Source: an uncultured Bacillota bacterium (GTDB taxonomy: Bacteria > Bacillota > Dehalobacteriia > UBA7702). Taken from it: a stretch of DNA of 64,000 bases. A program made the position numbers and the translations under genes. Every line of letters starts with the position of its first letter. Position 1 is the first letter of the stretch. The stretch lies in assembly GCA_902796855.1 (NCBI GenBank), contig CADBQN010000016.1:7038-71037 (forward strand), written 5' to 3'. Under the pieces are notes generated by a model. That model did no database searches. It saw only the letters and a program-made list of their open reading frames with translations, and was not told where the DNA came from. Below are positions 1-9,285 of this stretch, piece after piece.

Positions 1-139
1 GGCGATGAAAGACGCCATGGAAAAAGGCGGTTCAAAGAAGTGACCGTGCCTTCCCGCGGAGAGGCGGCAGGATTTTTTTGCATTTTCCGTCAAGGTGTGT
101 TATAATAAGCAAAAGACTAAAACCGGGAGGTTTTTGTGA

Positions 140-1507
140 ATGGAAAAAACAGCTCAATACGTTCGTGAACAGCGACGAATCTCTGTAATGGCCTTATGCG
201 CGGCGATTCTGTTCGTCTTCTGCTTCAGTTCCCTGGTTTCGGCGGAATCGCTTCCGCTGACATTTAAAACAACAAAAGATCAACTGAACATCAGAATCGC
301 TCCGGATACTTATTCCTCCATTCTGACGGTCATCGACGAAGCGGGCACGGTGCTTTATCCTGTTGAAAGAACAACGTCGAATTGGTATAAAGTACGTTTC
401 GCCAACAACGTTTACGGCTATGTTTATAAGGCATATGTCACCCCCGGTGACGCCGTGAAATCCGAAGTGAAGCTCTTCTCCGGCGCCGCTCTGCGCACCG
501 CCGCCAATCGTACCGCTCCGGTGCAGCGATTGCTTTCCGTCGGTACGGAAATCGATCTTTCCTCCGCGGACGGCGACTGGTATTATGCCAAAGGGTATAA
601 CGAAGAGGAAGGGTATATCCTGAAATCCTCCGTAAAAGAGGTCTCCTTCAATTATCCCGCCGTAAAAGTTCCCGATGTCGCGGTGGATTCCATCAGCATC
701 GTCGAAGTAACGTCCGCCTCTGTCGCGGCCCGTTCCGGTCCGAAGACGGGGAGTTCCGCCGTGGCGACGGTAAAACAGGGCATGCTTCTGACCGTCACTT
801 CCACCACGAGAGAAGCGGACGGATATACCTGGTATCATGTTGTCGTTCCCGGCGGCGCCCAGGGATATCTCCGCAGCGACGCCATCAAGAGTTTTGATAC
901 GTCCTATATGAAGGGGAAGACCATCGTCATTGATCCGGGCAAGGGCAGTCTGACCTCGGAAACGGCGACCTCCATCAATAACGGCAACGTCGGTGTGACC
1001 GGCACCCTTGAAAAAGATGTCAACCTGGCGGTCTCCCGTTATCTGCAGGCTTATCTCAACAAAATGGGCGCCAATGTCGTTATGACCCGCACGGCGGACG
1101 CCGGGGTGATGACGCCCGCGGACCGCGCCGCCATTGCCAACAATAACAACGCGGACATCCTGATTTCGGTGAACTGCAACTTTAACCAAAACAATTCCGA
1201 GGCGAAAGGTACAAGTATCTGTTACTTCCCCGGCAATACGTCGACGGCTGTTTCCAGCGAGCTTTTGAATCAGCGGAAGCGGCTGGCCACGCTGCTGCAG
1301 CAGAATCTCGTCCAGGATATCGCCTCGACCAATTTGGGAATTCAGGAGGATACGTATACCGTTCTTGTTCGTTCGACGATGCCTTCGGTCTGGGTGCGTC
1401 TGGGCTATCTCAGCAACGCTTCCGAGGAAGCGAAACTGAAGACTTCCTCCTACCAGTTGCTCTGCGCTCAGGGCCTGCTGAAAGGTGTTCTGCTGTATTT
1501 CAAATAA
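140..1507 (+). CDS. Secreted cell-wall amidase: signal peptide, SH3b-like repeats, C-terminal N-acetylmuramoyl-L-alanine amidase (Amidase_3-like) domain
   Basis: N-terminal hydrophobic signal (LCAAILFVFCFSSLVSA); repeated W/Y-rich modules typical of bacterial SH3; C-terminal 'TIVIDPGKGS ... ADILISVNCN' resembles CwlC/CwlD-type amidase; GGGAGG RBS at 125-130. Confidence 0.6.
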   Translation: MEKTAQYVREQRRISVMALCAAILFVFCFSSLVSAESLPLTFKTTKDQLNIRIAPDTYSSILTVIDEAGTVLYPVERTTSNWYKVRFANNVYGYVYKAYVTPGDAVKSEVKLFSGAALRTAANRTAPVQRLLSVGTEIDLSSADGDWYYAKGYNEEEGYILKSSVKEVSFNYPAVKVPDVAVDSISIVEVTSASVAARSGPKTGSSAVATVKQGMLLTVTSTTREADGYTWYHVVVPGGAQGYLRSDAIKSFDTSYMKGKTIVIDPGKGSLTSETATSINNGNVGVTGTLEKDVNLAVSRYLQAYLNKMGANVVMTRTADAGVMTPADRAAIANNNNADILISVNCNFNQNNSEAKGTSICYFPGNTSTAVSSELLNQRKRLATLLQQNLVQDIASTNLGIQEDTYTVLVRSTMPSVWVRLGYLSNASEEAKLKTSSYQLLCAQGLLKGVLLYFK

Positions 1508-1531
1508 TTCCAAAATCAAACAGAAAAAATC

Positions 1532-1562
1532 GGACGCCGCTCTCTCATCGGGAGCGGCGTCC
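1532..1562. terminator. Bidirectional intrinsic terminator hairpin (GGACGCCGCTC/GAGCGGCGTCC) between convergent amidase and glpK
   Basis: Perfect 11-bp inverted repeat with T-rich flank on minus-strand side. Confidence 0.5.
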
Positions 1563-1578
1563 TTCTTCATTGCGGTAT

Positions 1579-3051
1579 TTATTTGATCATTCCGATGGCG
1601 TTTTCCCAGCCTTTCAGCAATGCATCCCGCTGTGCCGTGTCCATTTTCGGTTCAAATACCCGGTCGACTTGGCGGTTGGCGATGATCTCATCGGTATTTT
1701 TCCAGAATCCCGCGGCGAGTCCGGCGAAATACGCCGCGCCGAGCGCCGTGGTTTCGATGGTCTTGGGCCGCTGGACCGCTTTTTGAATGATATCGGCCTG
1801 GAACTGCATCAGGAAGTTGTTGGCGGCGGCCCCGCCGTCCACTTTCAATGATTTCAGCGCCGTTCCCGCGTCTCGGGTCATGGCGGCCAGAACGTCATAA
1901 GTCTGATAGGCCAGCGATTCCAGTGTCGCCCTGATCAGATGACGGCGGCTGCTGCCCCGGGAAAGACCGCAGATAACGCCCCTGGCGTAGGGGTTCCAGT
2001 AAGGCGCGCCGAGACCCACAAAGGCGGGAACGACGTAAACGCCGCCGTTGTCCGCGACGGCCAGGGCGTGTTCTTCGCTTTCCGCCGCCGTTTGGATCAG
2101 CCCCAATTCGTCACGGAGCCATTGAATGGCGGCGCCGGCCACAAATACCGATCCTTCTAAAGCGTAATGAACGGAACCGTTCAGCCCCCAGGCGATGGTC
2201 GTTAATAAACCGTTTTCGGAGCGGATCGGCCGTTCGCCGGTATTCATCAGCATAAAACAGCCGGTCCCGTAGGTGTTCTTCGCTTCGCCTTCCTCAAAAC
2301 ATCCCTGCCCGAACAGGGCGCATTGCTGGTCACCGCCCATGCCGCCGATGGGAATCGCGGCGCCGAAAAGGTCGGTCTCGCCGTAGATCTCGCTGTTCGG
2401 TCTCGGTTCGGGCAGCATCGAGCGGGGGATCTCCAGCAGGGAGAGAAGTTCCTCGTCCCATTGAAGGGTGTGGATGTTAAAGAGCATGGTCCGGGCCGCG
2501 TTGGCGTAGTCGGTGACATGGACGCGTCCCTTGGTCAGGTTCCATAAAAGCCACGTTTCGACCGTCCCGAAAAGGAGTTCGCCCGCGTCGGCCTTTTGAC
2601 GGGCACCGGGGACATTTTCCAGGATCCAGCGGATCTTTGTCGCCGAAAAATAGGCGTCGACGCGGAGTCCCGTCTTTGCTTGTATCATTTCCTCATAGCC
2701 GGCTTTGATCAGCGCGTCGCAGTCCGGCGCGGTGCGGCGGCATTGCCAGACGATGGCGTTGGTGACGGGCTTCCCTGTCTTTTTATCCCATACGACGGTG
2801 GTCTCCCGCTGATTTGTGATGCCGATGGCGGCGATATCACCGGCGGTGAGACTGCCGCGTTGGAGCGCTTCCCGTGCCACGGCGAATTGACTGTCCCGGA
2901 TTTCCTCCGCGTCGTGTTCCACCCAGCCCGACTGCGGGAAGATTTGGCGGAACTCACGCTGCGCCTGGGCGGCGATGTTTCCCCGCTGATCGAAAATGAT
3001 ACAGCGGGAACTCGTTGTTCCCTGGTCCAGAGCCATGATATAACGTTTCAT
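1579..3051 (-). CDS. glpK: Glycerol kinase
   Basis: N-terminus [21 protein letters not shown] and full-length FGGY kinase signature; 490 aa. Confidence 0.95.
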   Translation of the reverse strand: MKRYIMALDQGTTSSRCIIFDQRGNIAAQAQREFRQIFPQSGWVEHDAEEIRDSQFAVAREALQRGSLTAGDIAAIGITNQRETTVVWDKKTGKPVTNAIVWQCRRTAPDCDALIKAGYEEMIQAKTGLRVDAYFSATKIRWILENVPGARQKADAGELLFGTVETWLLWNLTKGRVHVTDYANAARTMLFNIHTLQWDEELLSLLEIPRSMLPEPRPNSEIYGETDLFGAAIPIGGMGGDQQCALFGQGCFEEGEAKNTYGTGCFMLMNTGERPIRSENGLLTTIAWGLNGSVHYALEGSVFVAGAAIQWLRDELGLIQTAAESEEHALAVADNGGVYVVPAFVGLGAPYWNPYARGVICGLSRGSSRRHLIRATLESLAYQTYDVLAAMTRDAGTALKSLKVDGGAAANNFLMQFQADIIQKAVQRPKTIETTALGAAYFAGLAAGFWKNTDEIIANRQVDRVFEPKMDTAQRDALLKGWENAIGMIK

Positions 3052-3126
3052 TCTGATCTTCCTTTCGGCGTCGTATGAAAACCCCGATTTCGCTTAAACT
3101 AAAGCGAAAAAGGAGGTGATTTTTTT

Positions 3127-3264
3127 ATGACGCGCGACCGTGATTATAAATTCGCGGAATTAAAATCCTGCTGCGCCGATTCGATCTCGAACCTGGAAAA
3201 GAGCATTCGGGATGAGAACGGGAAAGAGGATATCGTTCTGATTGCTTATGAAAAAATCCGCTGA
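3127..3264 (+). CDS. Small hypothetical protein (45 aa)
   Basis: ATG preceded by strong RBS AAAGGAGGTGA (3110-3120); followed by long hairpin 3268-3320; not in the >=60 aa ORF track. Confidence 0.3.
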   Translation: MTRDRDYKFAELKSCCADSISNLEKSIRDENGKEDIVLIAYEKIR

Positions 3265-3328
3265 GCAGCGGAACCGTCAAAACAGGGCTGCGGGAAATAT
3301 CCATTCCCGACAGCCCGTTTTGTTTGCC

Positions 3329-3817
3329 TCAGTATTCGCACATTTTCGCCACGCAAAACCGGCACATGGATTCTTCATCGTGGATGTGCTGCTGTTTTGC
3401 CGTGCAAAAATAATCCTTGCCTTTTTTGTAGATTTTGCCGCCGCCGGGAAGCTGCAGATCTTTGGGATGGAGCGGCGTTTTGGCGATAAAGACTTTGTAA
3501 AGCGTTAAAATACGGATGTAGTCTTTGAGGTCCGTCTGCCCGGGGGCGTAGGTATCCATATAGCGATTTACGCAGTCGACAATTTTTTGATAGTAATGAG
3601 AGGGGATATTTTCCCCGAAAAAGTCACCGGTATGATGCTTTAATTCCAGCATTGTTTCAAGATTGTACAGCGCGTTTTTTTCATTGAGATATTCGGGGCT
3701 TTCCACCGGATATTCCGTGGTCTTCCACTGGTTATACTGTTGTTCCAGCTCTTCCAGGGGCCATTTCAGCGCTTCCTGCTGCAGTTGATAGAGCAGTTTT
3801 CGGGAATCGAATGCCAT
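3329..3817 (-). CDS. Hypothetical protein, 162 aa, C-terminal CxxC...C cluster
   Basis: ORF with AAAGGAG RBS; ends CRFCVAKMCEY; no recognisable family. Confidence 0.5.
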   Translation of the reverse strand: MAFDSRKLLYQLQQEALKWPLEELEQQYNQWKTTEYPVESPEYLNEKNALYNLETMLELKHHTGDFFGENIPSHYYQKIVDCVNRYMDTYAPGQTDLKDYIRILTLYKVFIAKTPLHPKDLQLPGGGKIYKKGKDYFCTAKQQHIHDEESMCRFCVAKMCEY

Positions 3818-3838
3818 GTTTGTTCTCCTTTCGATGGC

Positions 3839-4837
3839 TCAGCCGCCGATCATTTTAAGAAAATCGTCGATGAAATACAGTTCGTCGCGCTCTTCCAGAG
3901 TGATTTTCAGCCGTTTGCAGAGATCATGGAAGAGATGGCCGGTGTTCTCACGGCGGATCTTGATCTTTCTGGGCAAACCGTTTTCGCTGAAATATTTCGC
4001 GATCAGCTCAAAGAAAGCTTCTTCCTCGTCGCTCGTTTCCTCAAAAATGCATTGATCGGCGATGAATCCCTCATCGGTGTCGGCGATCACGCATAATTTA
4101 GGATAAAAGGGAATGGGCCCCAGCTGGCTGCCGACGGCGTTGTTCAGATAACATATATCCACTTCAATGGCGCGTCCCGTCCGTTTCAGCCTTTTCAGCC
4201 GGGCGACATAGAAATCATCTTTGACGATGTCCTCTTTTTCCTCGATCAGAGCGGGGTCAAAATCGGCGACGGACACGGTATCCCCGCCGTCGGACTCGTC
4301 AAAAACGATCATGGCTTTTTCGGGATCGGGCACTTCCGCGTCAAAGAGGGTCGCCGCGCGGTTGAACGCCGTCAACGCATGGGTGAGGCGCAGAACATCG
4401 TCCTGCTCAATGTACCAGGGCGCGAAACCGGGGCGGTTTTTGCGGAAGAAGACACAGTGATGTTCATCGGCGGGCGTGTAATTTCCCTCTTTCATCGCCG
4501 TTTCGTCACCCGGGCTCAAAAAGGCTTTTTCGCCGAAAATCACCGTGACGCAACTTTGGTTGGCGATGATGGTCTGGAACGTGATTTCGCCTTCGTGGCC
4601 GATGATGTTCATGTATTTTCTGATATCGTCCTCGCTGTCGTAGACAGAAACGCCGATGGCGTCTTCCTCATAGCCGTGAACCGTGGCGTAATAAGGTTCT
4701 TTTCTCGCCTTGGTATTAAGACGAAAAATGAGTTCTTCGGGAAATCTCCGCCAGGGCTCCGTTGTCAGTAATTCTTCCGCCAGGGGGAACAGCTTTTGCC
4801 ACTGCTCCGGCGTGGGAATCTGAAACATAAAAATCAC
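3839..4837 (-). CDS. Hypothetical protein, 332 aa, acidic
   Basis: ORF with GAGGTGA RBS; co-directional with and 21 bp upstream of the 3329-3817 gene; no Walker or nuclease motifs seen. Confidence 0.5.
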   Translation of the reverse strand: MIFMFQIPTPEQWQKLFPLAEELLTTEPWRRFPEELIFRLNTKARKEPYYATVHGYEEDAIGVSVYDSEDDIRKYMNIIGHEGEITFQTIIANQSCVTVIFGEKAFLSPGDETAMKEGNYTPADEHHCVFFRKNRPGFAPWYIEQDDVLRLTHALTAFNRAATLFDAEVPDPEKAMIVFDESDGGDTVSVADFDPALIEEKEDIVKDDFYVARLKRLKRTGRAIEVDICYLNNAVGSQLGPIPFYPKLCVIADTDEGFIADQCIFEETSDEEEAFFELIAKYFSENGLPRKIKIRRENTGHLFHDLCKRLKITLEERDELYFIDDFLKMIGG

Positions 4838-4958
4838 CTCTGAGATCGCATCCGCGAGGGGATGACTTTTAGAATTTGATTTCGTGAATCCGCAGTTCTA
4901 TTTTAAAACAAAATTCCTTAAATCGCAATAAAAAAATGAGGAATTACGAAAAAAAGAC

Positions 4959-4987
4959 TTGCAAAACTCTAAAAAATTTGGTATTAT
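4959..4987 (+). promoter_or_regulatory. Sigma-A type promoter (TTGCAA-17-TATTAT, extended TG) for rpmB
   Basis: -35/-10 hexamers with 17-bp spacer about 55 bp upstream of rpmB start. Confidence 0.45.
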
Positions 4988-5041
4988 ATTTTAGTAATTG
5001 CGATTGAAATTATTAATTGTTTTTGTAAAGGAGGTGTCGAC

Positions 5042-5230
5042 ATGGCAGTATGTCAGATTTGCGGGAAAACGACTCGTTCCGGAATGAAAGTCAGTCACTC
5101 CCATATCCGCACAAAAAGAACTTGGAAACCGAATCTTCAAAAAGTCAGGGTGATTGTTGATGGCACCCCCAAAAGACTTTATGTGTGCAGCAGATGCCTG
5201 CGTTCCGGCAAAGTGCAGCGCGCCATCTGA
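5042..5230 (+). CDS. rpmB: 50S ribosomal protein L28
   Basis: MAVCQICGKTTRSGMKVSHSHIRTKRTWKPNLQKV... classic L28 with Cys zinc ribbon. Confidence 0.95.
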   Translation: MAVCQICGKTTRSGMKVSHSHIRTKRTWKPNLQKVRVIVDGTPKRLYVCSRCLRSGKVQRAI

Positions 5231-5304
5231 ACCGAAGATGAAAAAGCGTTCTTTGAGAGCGCTTTTTTTGTTATCGGCGCGAAGAGAATGGAGGGAACAG
5301 TGAA

Positions 5305-5913
5305 ATGGAAGACTCTATCAGCAGAAAACTGCGTTTGGCGCATGAAAAATATTTAGAAGGCTTTCTCGCCGGCAATCCGGCGAAAATGGCGGAGCTCGCC
5401 GGCGGAACCTTGGAGGGCGACACGATTCTGATCGAGCATTTTGGCCGCACGTTCCGTGTCGACGCCGCTTCCGGCGCGGTGGAGCCGAAACCGGATCAGC
5501 TCCTCGAAGAGATCCTCGTTTTAAAGTATTTACAGGAAGCCCAGGGCATGGAGGGGCCCGGCAGCGATTATATCGCCTTCATCCAGCTGCCCTTCGGCTC
5601 TCATCATATCAAGGCCTTTAAAGCGGAAGTGACCGATGTGCTGGCCGATGCCTTTGGCGCTGATTTCGAAGGGTTTAAAGCCGTTTGCGAGGCTCTCGGC
5701 GGCGTTCCCGCCAAGGACGGGGACATCGCCTACATTCTGCCGTTTTTCCCGAAGATCTATGTAAAAGTGATCCTCTGGGAAGCCGACGACGAATTCCCGG
5801 CGGCGGCGAACTTTCTCTATGATAACAAATGCAGTTTCCACATGGACACGGACGGTCTCAACGAACTTGCCAACGCGACGGCGGAACGCCTCGTAAAGGA
5901 AGGAAAAAAATGA
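5305..5913 (+). CDS. DUF3786-like protein (paralog 1)
   Basis: 202 aa; shares C-terminal motif EADDEFPAAANFLYD with the paralog at 45279-45917 (EEDDEFPADGNILFN). Confidence 0.55.
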   Translation: MEDSISRKLRLAHEKYLEGFLAGNPAKMAELAGGTLEGDTILIEHFGRTFRVDAASGAVEPKPDQLLEEILVLKYLQEAQGMEGPGSDYIAFIQLPFGSHHIKAFKAEVTDVLADAFGADFEGFKAVCEALGGVPAKDGDIAYILPFFPKIYVKVILWEADDEFPAAANFLYDNKCSFHMDTDGLNELANATAERLVKEGKK

Positions 5914-6485
5914 GTCATTTTTTTGCCTATATCAGCAAAATGAAATGGATTCGGCGCTGGGGTCTGATGAAGAACACGGCGGAAGAAAACATCATGGAGC
6001 ACAGCTGGCAGGTGGCGGTCATCGCCCACGGCCTCGCCACCGTCAAAAATGAGGTCTTCGGCGGCAGCGTCGACGCGGAACACATCGCCATGCTGGCGCT
6101 TTACCATGAGACGGGGGAAGTGATTACCGGCGATTTCGCTACGCCGATCAAATATTTTAATCCCGAAGTCAAACAGGCCATCGGCAAAATGGAACACCTG
6201 GCGAAGAAAAGGATCCATGAGATGCTTCCCGAAGAGCTGCGGCCGGCGTATCAGCCGCTGATTTTCCCCGATGAGGCGTCGGAAGAATATCAGATCGTCA
6301 AGGCCGCTGATCGGATCTGCGCCTATCTGAAATGCGTGGAGGAAATGAAATGGGGCAACCGCGAGTTCGAGAAAGCCGCGGCGTCCATCGGCCGCGACAT
6401 CGAAAAAATCGACCGGGATGAAGTGCGCTATTTTATGGAGCATTTTGTCGAAAGTTTTTCGCTGACCCTCGATGAATTGAATTGA
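5910..6485 (+). CDS. HD-domain phosphohydrolase (YfbR-like 5'-deoxynucleotidase)
   Basis: Start at internal ATG overlapping upstream stop (ATGA); HD motif region 'HSWQVAVIAH ... YHETGEVITGD'. Confidence 0.7.
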   Translation: MSHFFAYISKMKWIRRWGLMKNTAEENIMEHSWQVAVIAHGLATVKNEVFGGSVDAEHIAMLALYHETGEVITGDFATPIKYFNPEVKQAIGKMEHLAKKRIHEMLPEELRPAYQPLIFPDEASEEYQIVKAADRICAYLKCVEEMKWGNREFEKAAASIGRDIEKIDRDEVRYFMEHFVESFSLTLDELN

Positions 6486-6594
6486 CGCGGTCACGCTTCT
6501 GTGTTAAAATAATAGTGTTAAAAGGGGAGTAGTTGCAAGTGACGCTGTCAACATACCCGGCGCGCAGCCTGGCAGTGTCCACCGGTTACGGTAA

Positions 6595-6650
6595 CAAGAC
6601 TTTTTGACAACCTGCGGTTTTTCGCCGCGGTTGCCGAAAAGTCTTTTTTT
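6595..6650 (+). terminator. Long-range hairpin plus T-run in the leader of the Na/Pi transporter gene (terminator of upstream gene or attenuator)
   Basis: AAGACTTTT ... AAAAGTCTT stem enclosing GC-rich inner stem, followed by TTTTTT, immediately before the RBS at 6651. Confidence 0.4.
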
Positions 6651-6667
6651 GCGGAAGGAGGATTCAT

Positions 6668-8311
6668 TTGAGCGTTTCGAATTTTCTCGGGCTTCTCGGC
6701 GGATTGGCGCTGTTTTTATACGGGATGCAGATGATGGGCGGCGGGCTGGAAGCCGCCGCAGGCAACCGGATGCGGGGGATTCTGGAAAAGCTGACGAGCA
6801 ACCGTTTTCTCGGTCTCGCCGTCGGTGCCGGGATTACCGCCGTGATCCAGTCTTCCTCGGCGACGACCGTCATGGCGGTGGGGTTCGTCAATTCCGGCAT
6901 GTTAAAGCTGCAGCAGGCCGTTTGGGTGATTATGGGGGCCAATGTCGGTACGACCATTACCGGTCAGCTCATCGCTTTGGATGTCGGCATGTACGCGCCG
7001 CTTTTCGCTTTCATCGGTGTCGCGCTGATCGTTTTCACCAAAGGAACCCGTCCCCGTCATTGGGGCCAGGTCGTGGCCGGTCTCGGGATCCTCTTTATCG
7101 GTATGGAAATGATGAGCGGAGCGATGATGCCCCTCAGGGATTCCCCGGCGTTTATTGAGCTGATGACGAATTTTAAAAATCCGATCATCGGTATTTTCGC
7201 CGGGATGATCTTCACCGCGGTCATTCAGTCTTCTTCCGCTTCCGTCGGGATTTTGCAGGCTTTGGCCATGAGCGGACTCATCGGTCTGCCCAACGCAGTT
7301 TTTGTCCTTTTCGGTCAAAACATCGGGACGTGCATCACGGCGCTCCTCGCTTCCATCGGCGCGAGCCGAAACGCCAAGCGTACCACGGTCATCCATATGA
7401 TGTTCAATCTCTTTGGTACGGTGTTTTTCACCTGCGTCTGCGTCTTCACGCCTTTCGTTTCCGTTGTCGAGTCCTGGACCCCAAATAACGCGGCGGCGCA
7501 GATCGCCAATATGCACACGCTGTTCAATGTCGTGACCACGCTGATGCTTCTGCCCTTCGGCACCTATATGACGCGGATTGCCCGGATGATTCTCCCCGAA
7601 ACGGAGGCGGAAAAAAGCGTCGGGTTCCATCTGAAATATCTCAACGATTTTGAGCTTTCCTCCGAAATGAGTTTCGGTTCGTCGGCGATTACGGCTTCCG
7701 GGATTACCCGTGAGCTCCAGCGCATGGGCGTCATGGTCCGCGCCAACGTGGAACAGGCTTTTGCCGCGGTGATGAAGATTGACGTAACATCGCTGGAAAA
7801 AATCGAGGAAAGGGAAGAGTACATTGATTTTCTGAACAAGGAGATTTTGAAATACATCTCCAGGTTCCTCGCCGGCAACGCCGGGGCCAACCCGGAAGAG
7901 ACGGCGAAGTTCACCGGTTTTTTCCGCATCTGCGCGAATTTGGAACGCATCGGGGACCACGCGATGAATATCGCCGGTTATACGCGCTTGCTCCATAAAA
8001 ACCGCATCGACTTTTCCGCTTACGCCAAAGGTGAGATCAGGGAGATGCAGAAAATCTGTGTGGAAACGATGAATGAAATCATGCGGACGGAACAGAGCCC
8101 GGAGGATGTTTTGTCTTTTGTCACCGAATCGGAAAAGAAGATCGACGAAATGACGGAAAGGTTCCGCGGCCATCAGATGGATCGGATGAGCTCCGGTGTA
8201 TGCTCCGGGGAAGCCTGTGTCCTCTATTCGGAAATGCTGACGGATTTTGAGCGCATCGGCGATCATTTTCTGAACATCGGCGAGGCCGTTTCTCAATTTG
8301 ATATCCAATAA
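6668..8311 (+). CDS. Na+/phosphate cotransporter family protein with C-terminal PhoU-like domains
   Basis: TTG start after AAGGAGG RBS; 'LGLLGGLALFLYGMQMMGGGLE' and duplicated 'QSSSATT/QSSSASV' NptA repeats; C-terminal PhoU-like helices. Confidence 0.85.
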   Translation: MSVSNFLGLLGGLALFLYGMQMMGGGLEAAAGNRMRGILEKLTSNRFLGLAVGAGITAVIQSSSATTVMAVGFVNSGMLKLQQAVWVIMGANVGTTITGQLIALDVGMYAPLFAFIGVALIVFTKGTRPRHWGQVVAGLGILFIGMEMMSGAMMPLRDSPAFIELMTNFKNPIIGIFAGMIFTAVIQSSSASVGILQALAMSGLIGLPNAVFVLFGQNIGTCITALLASIGASRNAKRTTVIHMMFNLFGTVFFTCVCVFTPFVSVVESWTPNNAAAQIANMHTLFNVVTTLMLLPFGTYMTRIARMILPETEAEKSVGFHLKYLNDFELSSEMSFGSSAITASGITRELQRMGVMVRANVEQAFAAVMKIDVTSLEKIEEREEYIDFLNKEILKYISRFLAGNAGANPEETAKFTGFFRICANLERIGDHAMNIAGYTRLLHKNRIDFSAYAKGEIREMQKICVETMNEIMRTEQSPEDVLSFVTESEKKIDEMTERFRGHQMDRMSSGVCSGEACVLYSEMLTDFERIGDHFLNIGEAVSQFDIQ

Positions 8312-8320
8312 ACTTGTCCC

Positions 8321-8349
8321 TTGACAAAACGACGCGGGAAGCATATAAT
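8321..8349 (+). promoter_or_regulatory. Consensus sigma-A promoter TTGACA-17-TATAAT
   Basis: Perfect hexamers and spacer; followed by 5' leader stem-loop at 8353-8387. Confidence 0.55.
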
Positions 8350-8431
8350 AATCCCATAAAACCTATCAGATAAATTGGTTTTATAGGATTGATTTTTCAC
8401 GCGCAGGACTTTATGAAAGGGGGCGACGATG

Positions 8432-9208
8432 ATGTGTGAGCTCTTTTGCTTCTCCGGTTCTTCAGCCACGGCTAATACGGATCTCACGCCCTATTTAAAG
8501 GAATTTTTCAGCCATTGTCCGCGGCATCCCAACGGCTGGGGTCTGGCTGATTTTTCCGTTTGCCCCGCGGTGATGTACAAGGAATCACTTCGCGCCGGCG
8601 ACAGTGAGCTGCTCTCCACTTTGCTGAGGCGTGGGGTTTCTTCCTCCTCTTTGTTCGCTCATATCCGCTGCGCCACGGAAGGATCGGTTCGTCGGGAAAA
8701 CAGTCATCCGTTTCGCGGAGCGGACGCGACGGGCCGTACCTGGACGCTGATCCATAACGGAACGATTTTTGACGGTCTGGAACTCATCAAGTACAGAGCG
8801 GTTCAAAAGGGGGATACCGACAGCGAGCGGATTCTCCTTTATCTGCTGGATCGGATTAACTGCGAAACAAATCGTCTGGGGCGGGACTTAACGCTTTTGG
8901 AACGGTGCGGCGTCGTCGATGCTATGGTACGGCGATTATCGTACCGAAATAAACTGAATCTGATGATCCATGACGGCGCGCGGATGTATGTTCATTATAA
9001 TATGAAGAACACGCTGTACTGCGTGGAAGACCAAAACGGTATCTGCGTCGCTACGACGCCGTTGGGTGAAGAGGATTGGCGGCCGCTGCCGCTGACCGTG
9101 CTGTCTGTTTATGAACGTGGGAAATTGGTCTTCCGCGGCGGGAACCATAAAAATGAGTATCTTCCCGGCGGATTGGAAGAATTACATCGTTATGAATATT
9201 ATATTTAA
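8432..9208 (+). CDS. Class II (Ntn-type, YafJ/EgtC-like) glutamine amidotransferase
   Basis: Mature N-terminus would be Cys (M-CELFCFSG), the class-II GATase nucleophile; about 258 aa; GAAAGGGGG RBS. Confidence 0.7.
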   Translation: MCELFCFSGSSATANTDLTPYLKEFFSHCPRHPNGWGLADFSVCPAVMYKESLRAGDSELLSTLLRRGVSSSSLFAHIRCATEGSVRRENSHPFRGADATGRTWTLIHNGTIFDGLELIKYRAVQKGDTDSERILLYLLDRINCETNRLGRDLTLLERCGVVDAMVRRLSYRNKLNLMIHDGARMYVHYNMKNTLYCVEDQNGICVATTPLGEEDWRPLPLTVLSVYERGKLVFRGGNHKNEYLPGGLEELHRYEYYI

Positions 9209-9285
9209 AGGATTTTCGATTTTTTGGGCGAAACCTACTATATAACCATAAAACCAATGAGAGTTTTGTATTCTTATGAGAACCG

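Noticed and set aside
194-1570. Long antisense ORFs opposite real genes (e.g. 194-1570 -, 12302-14008 +, 33838-35853 -, 35823-38000 -, 42225-43148 -, 59518-60075 +)
   Set aside because: High-GC genomes generate long stop-free antisense frames. The translations are low-complexity (R/G/A/P-rich), lack RBSs, and lie opposite ORFs with clear family signatures.
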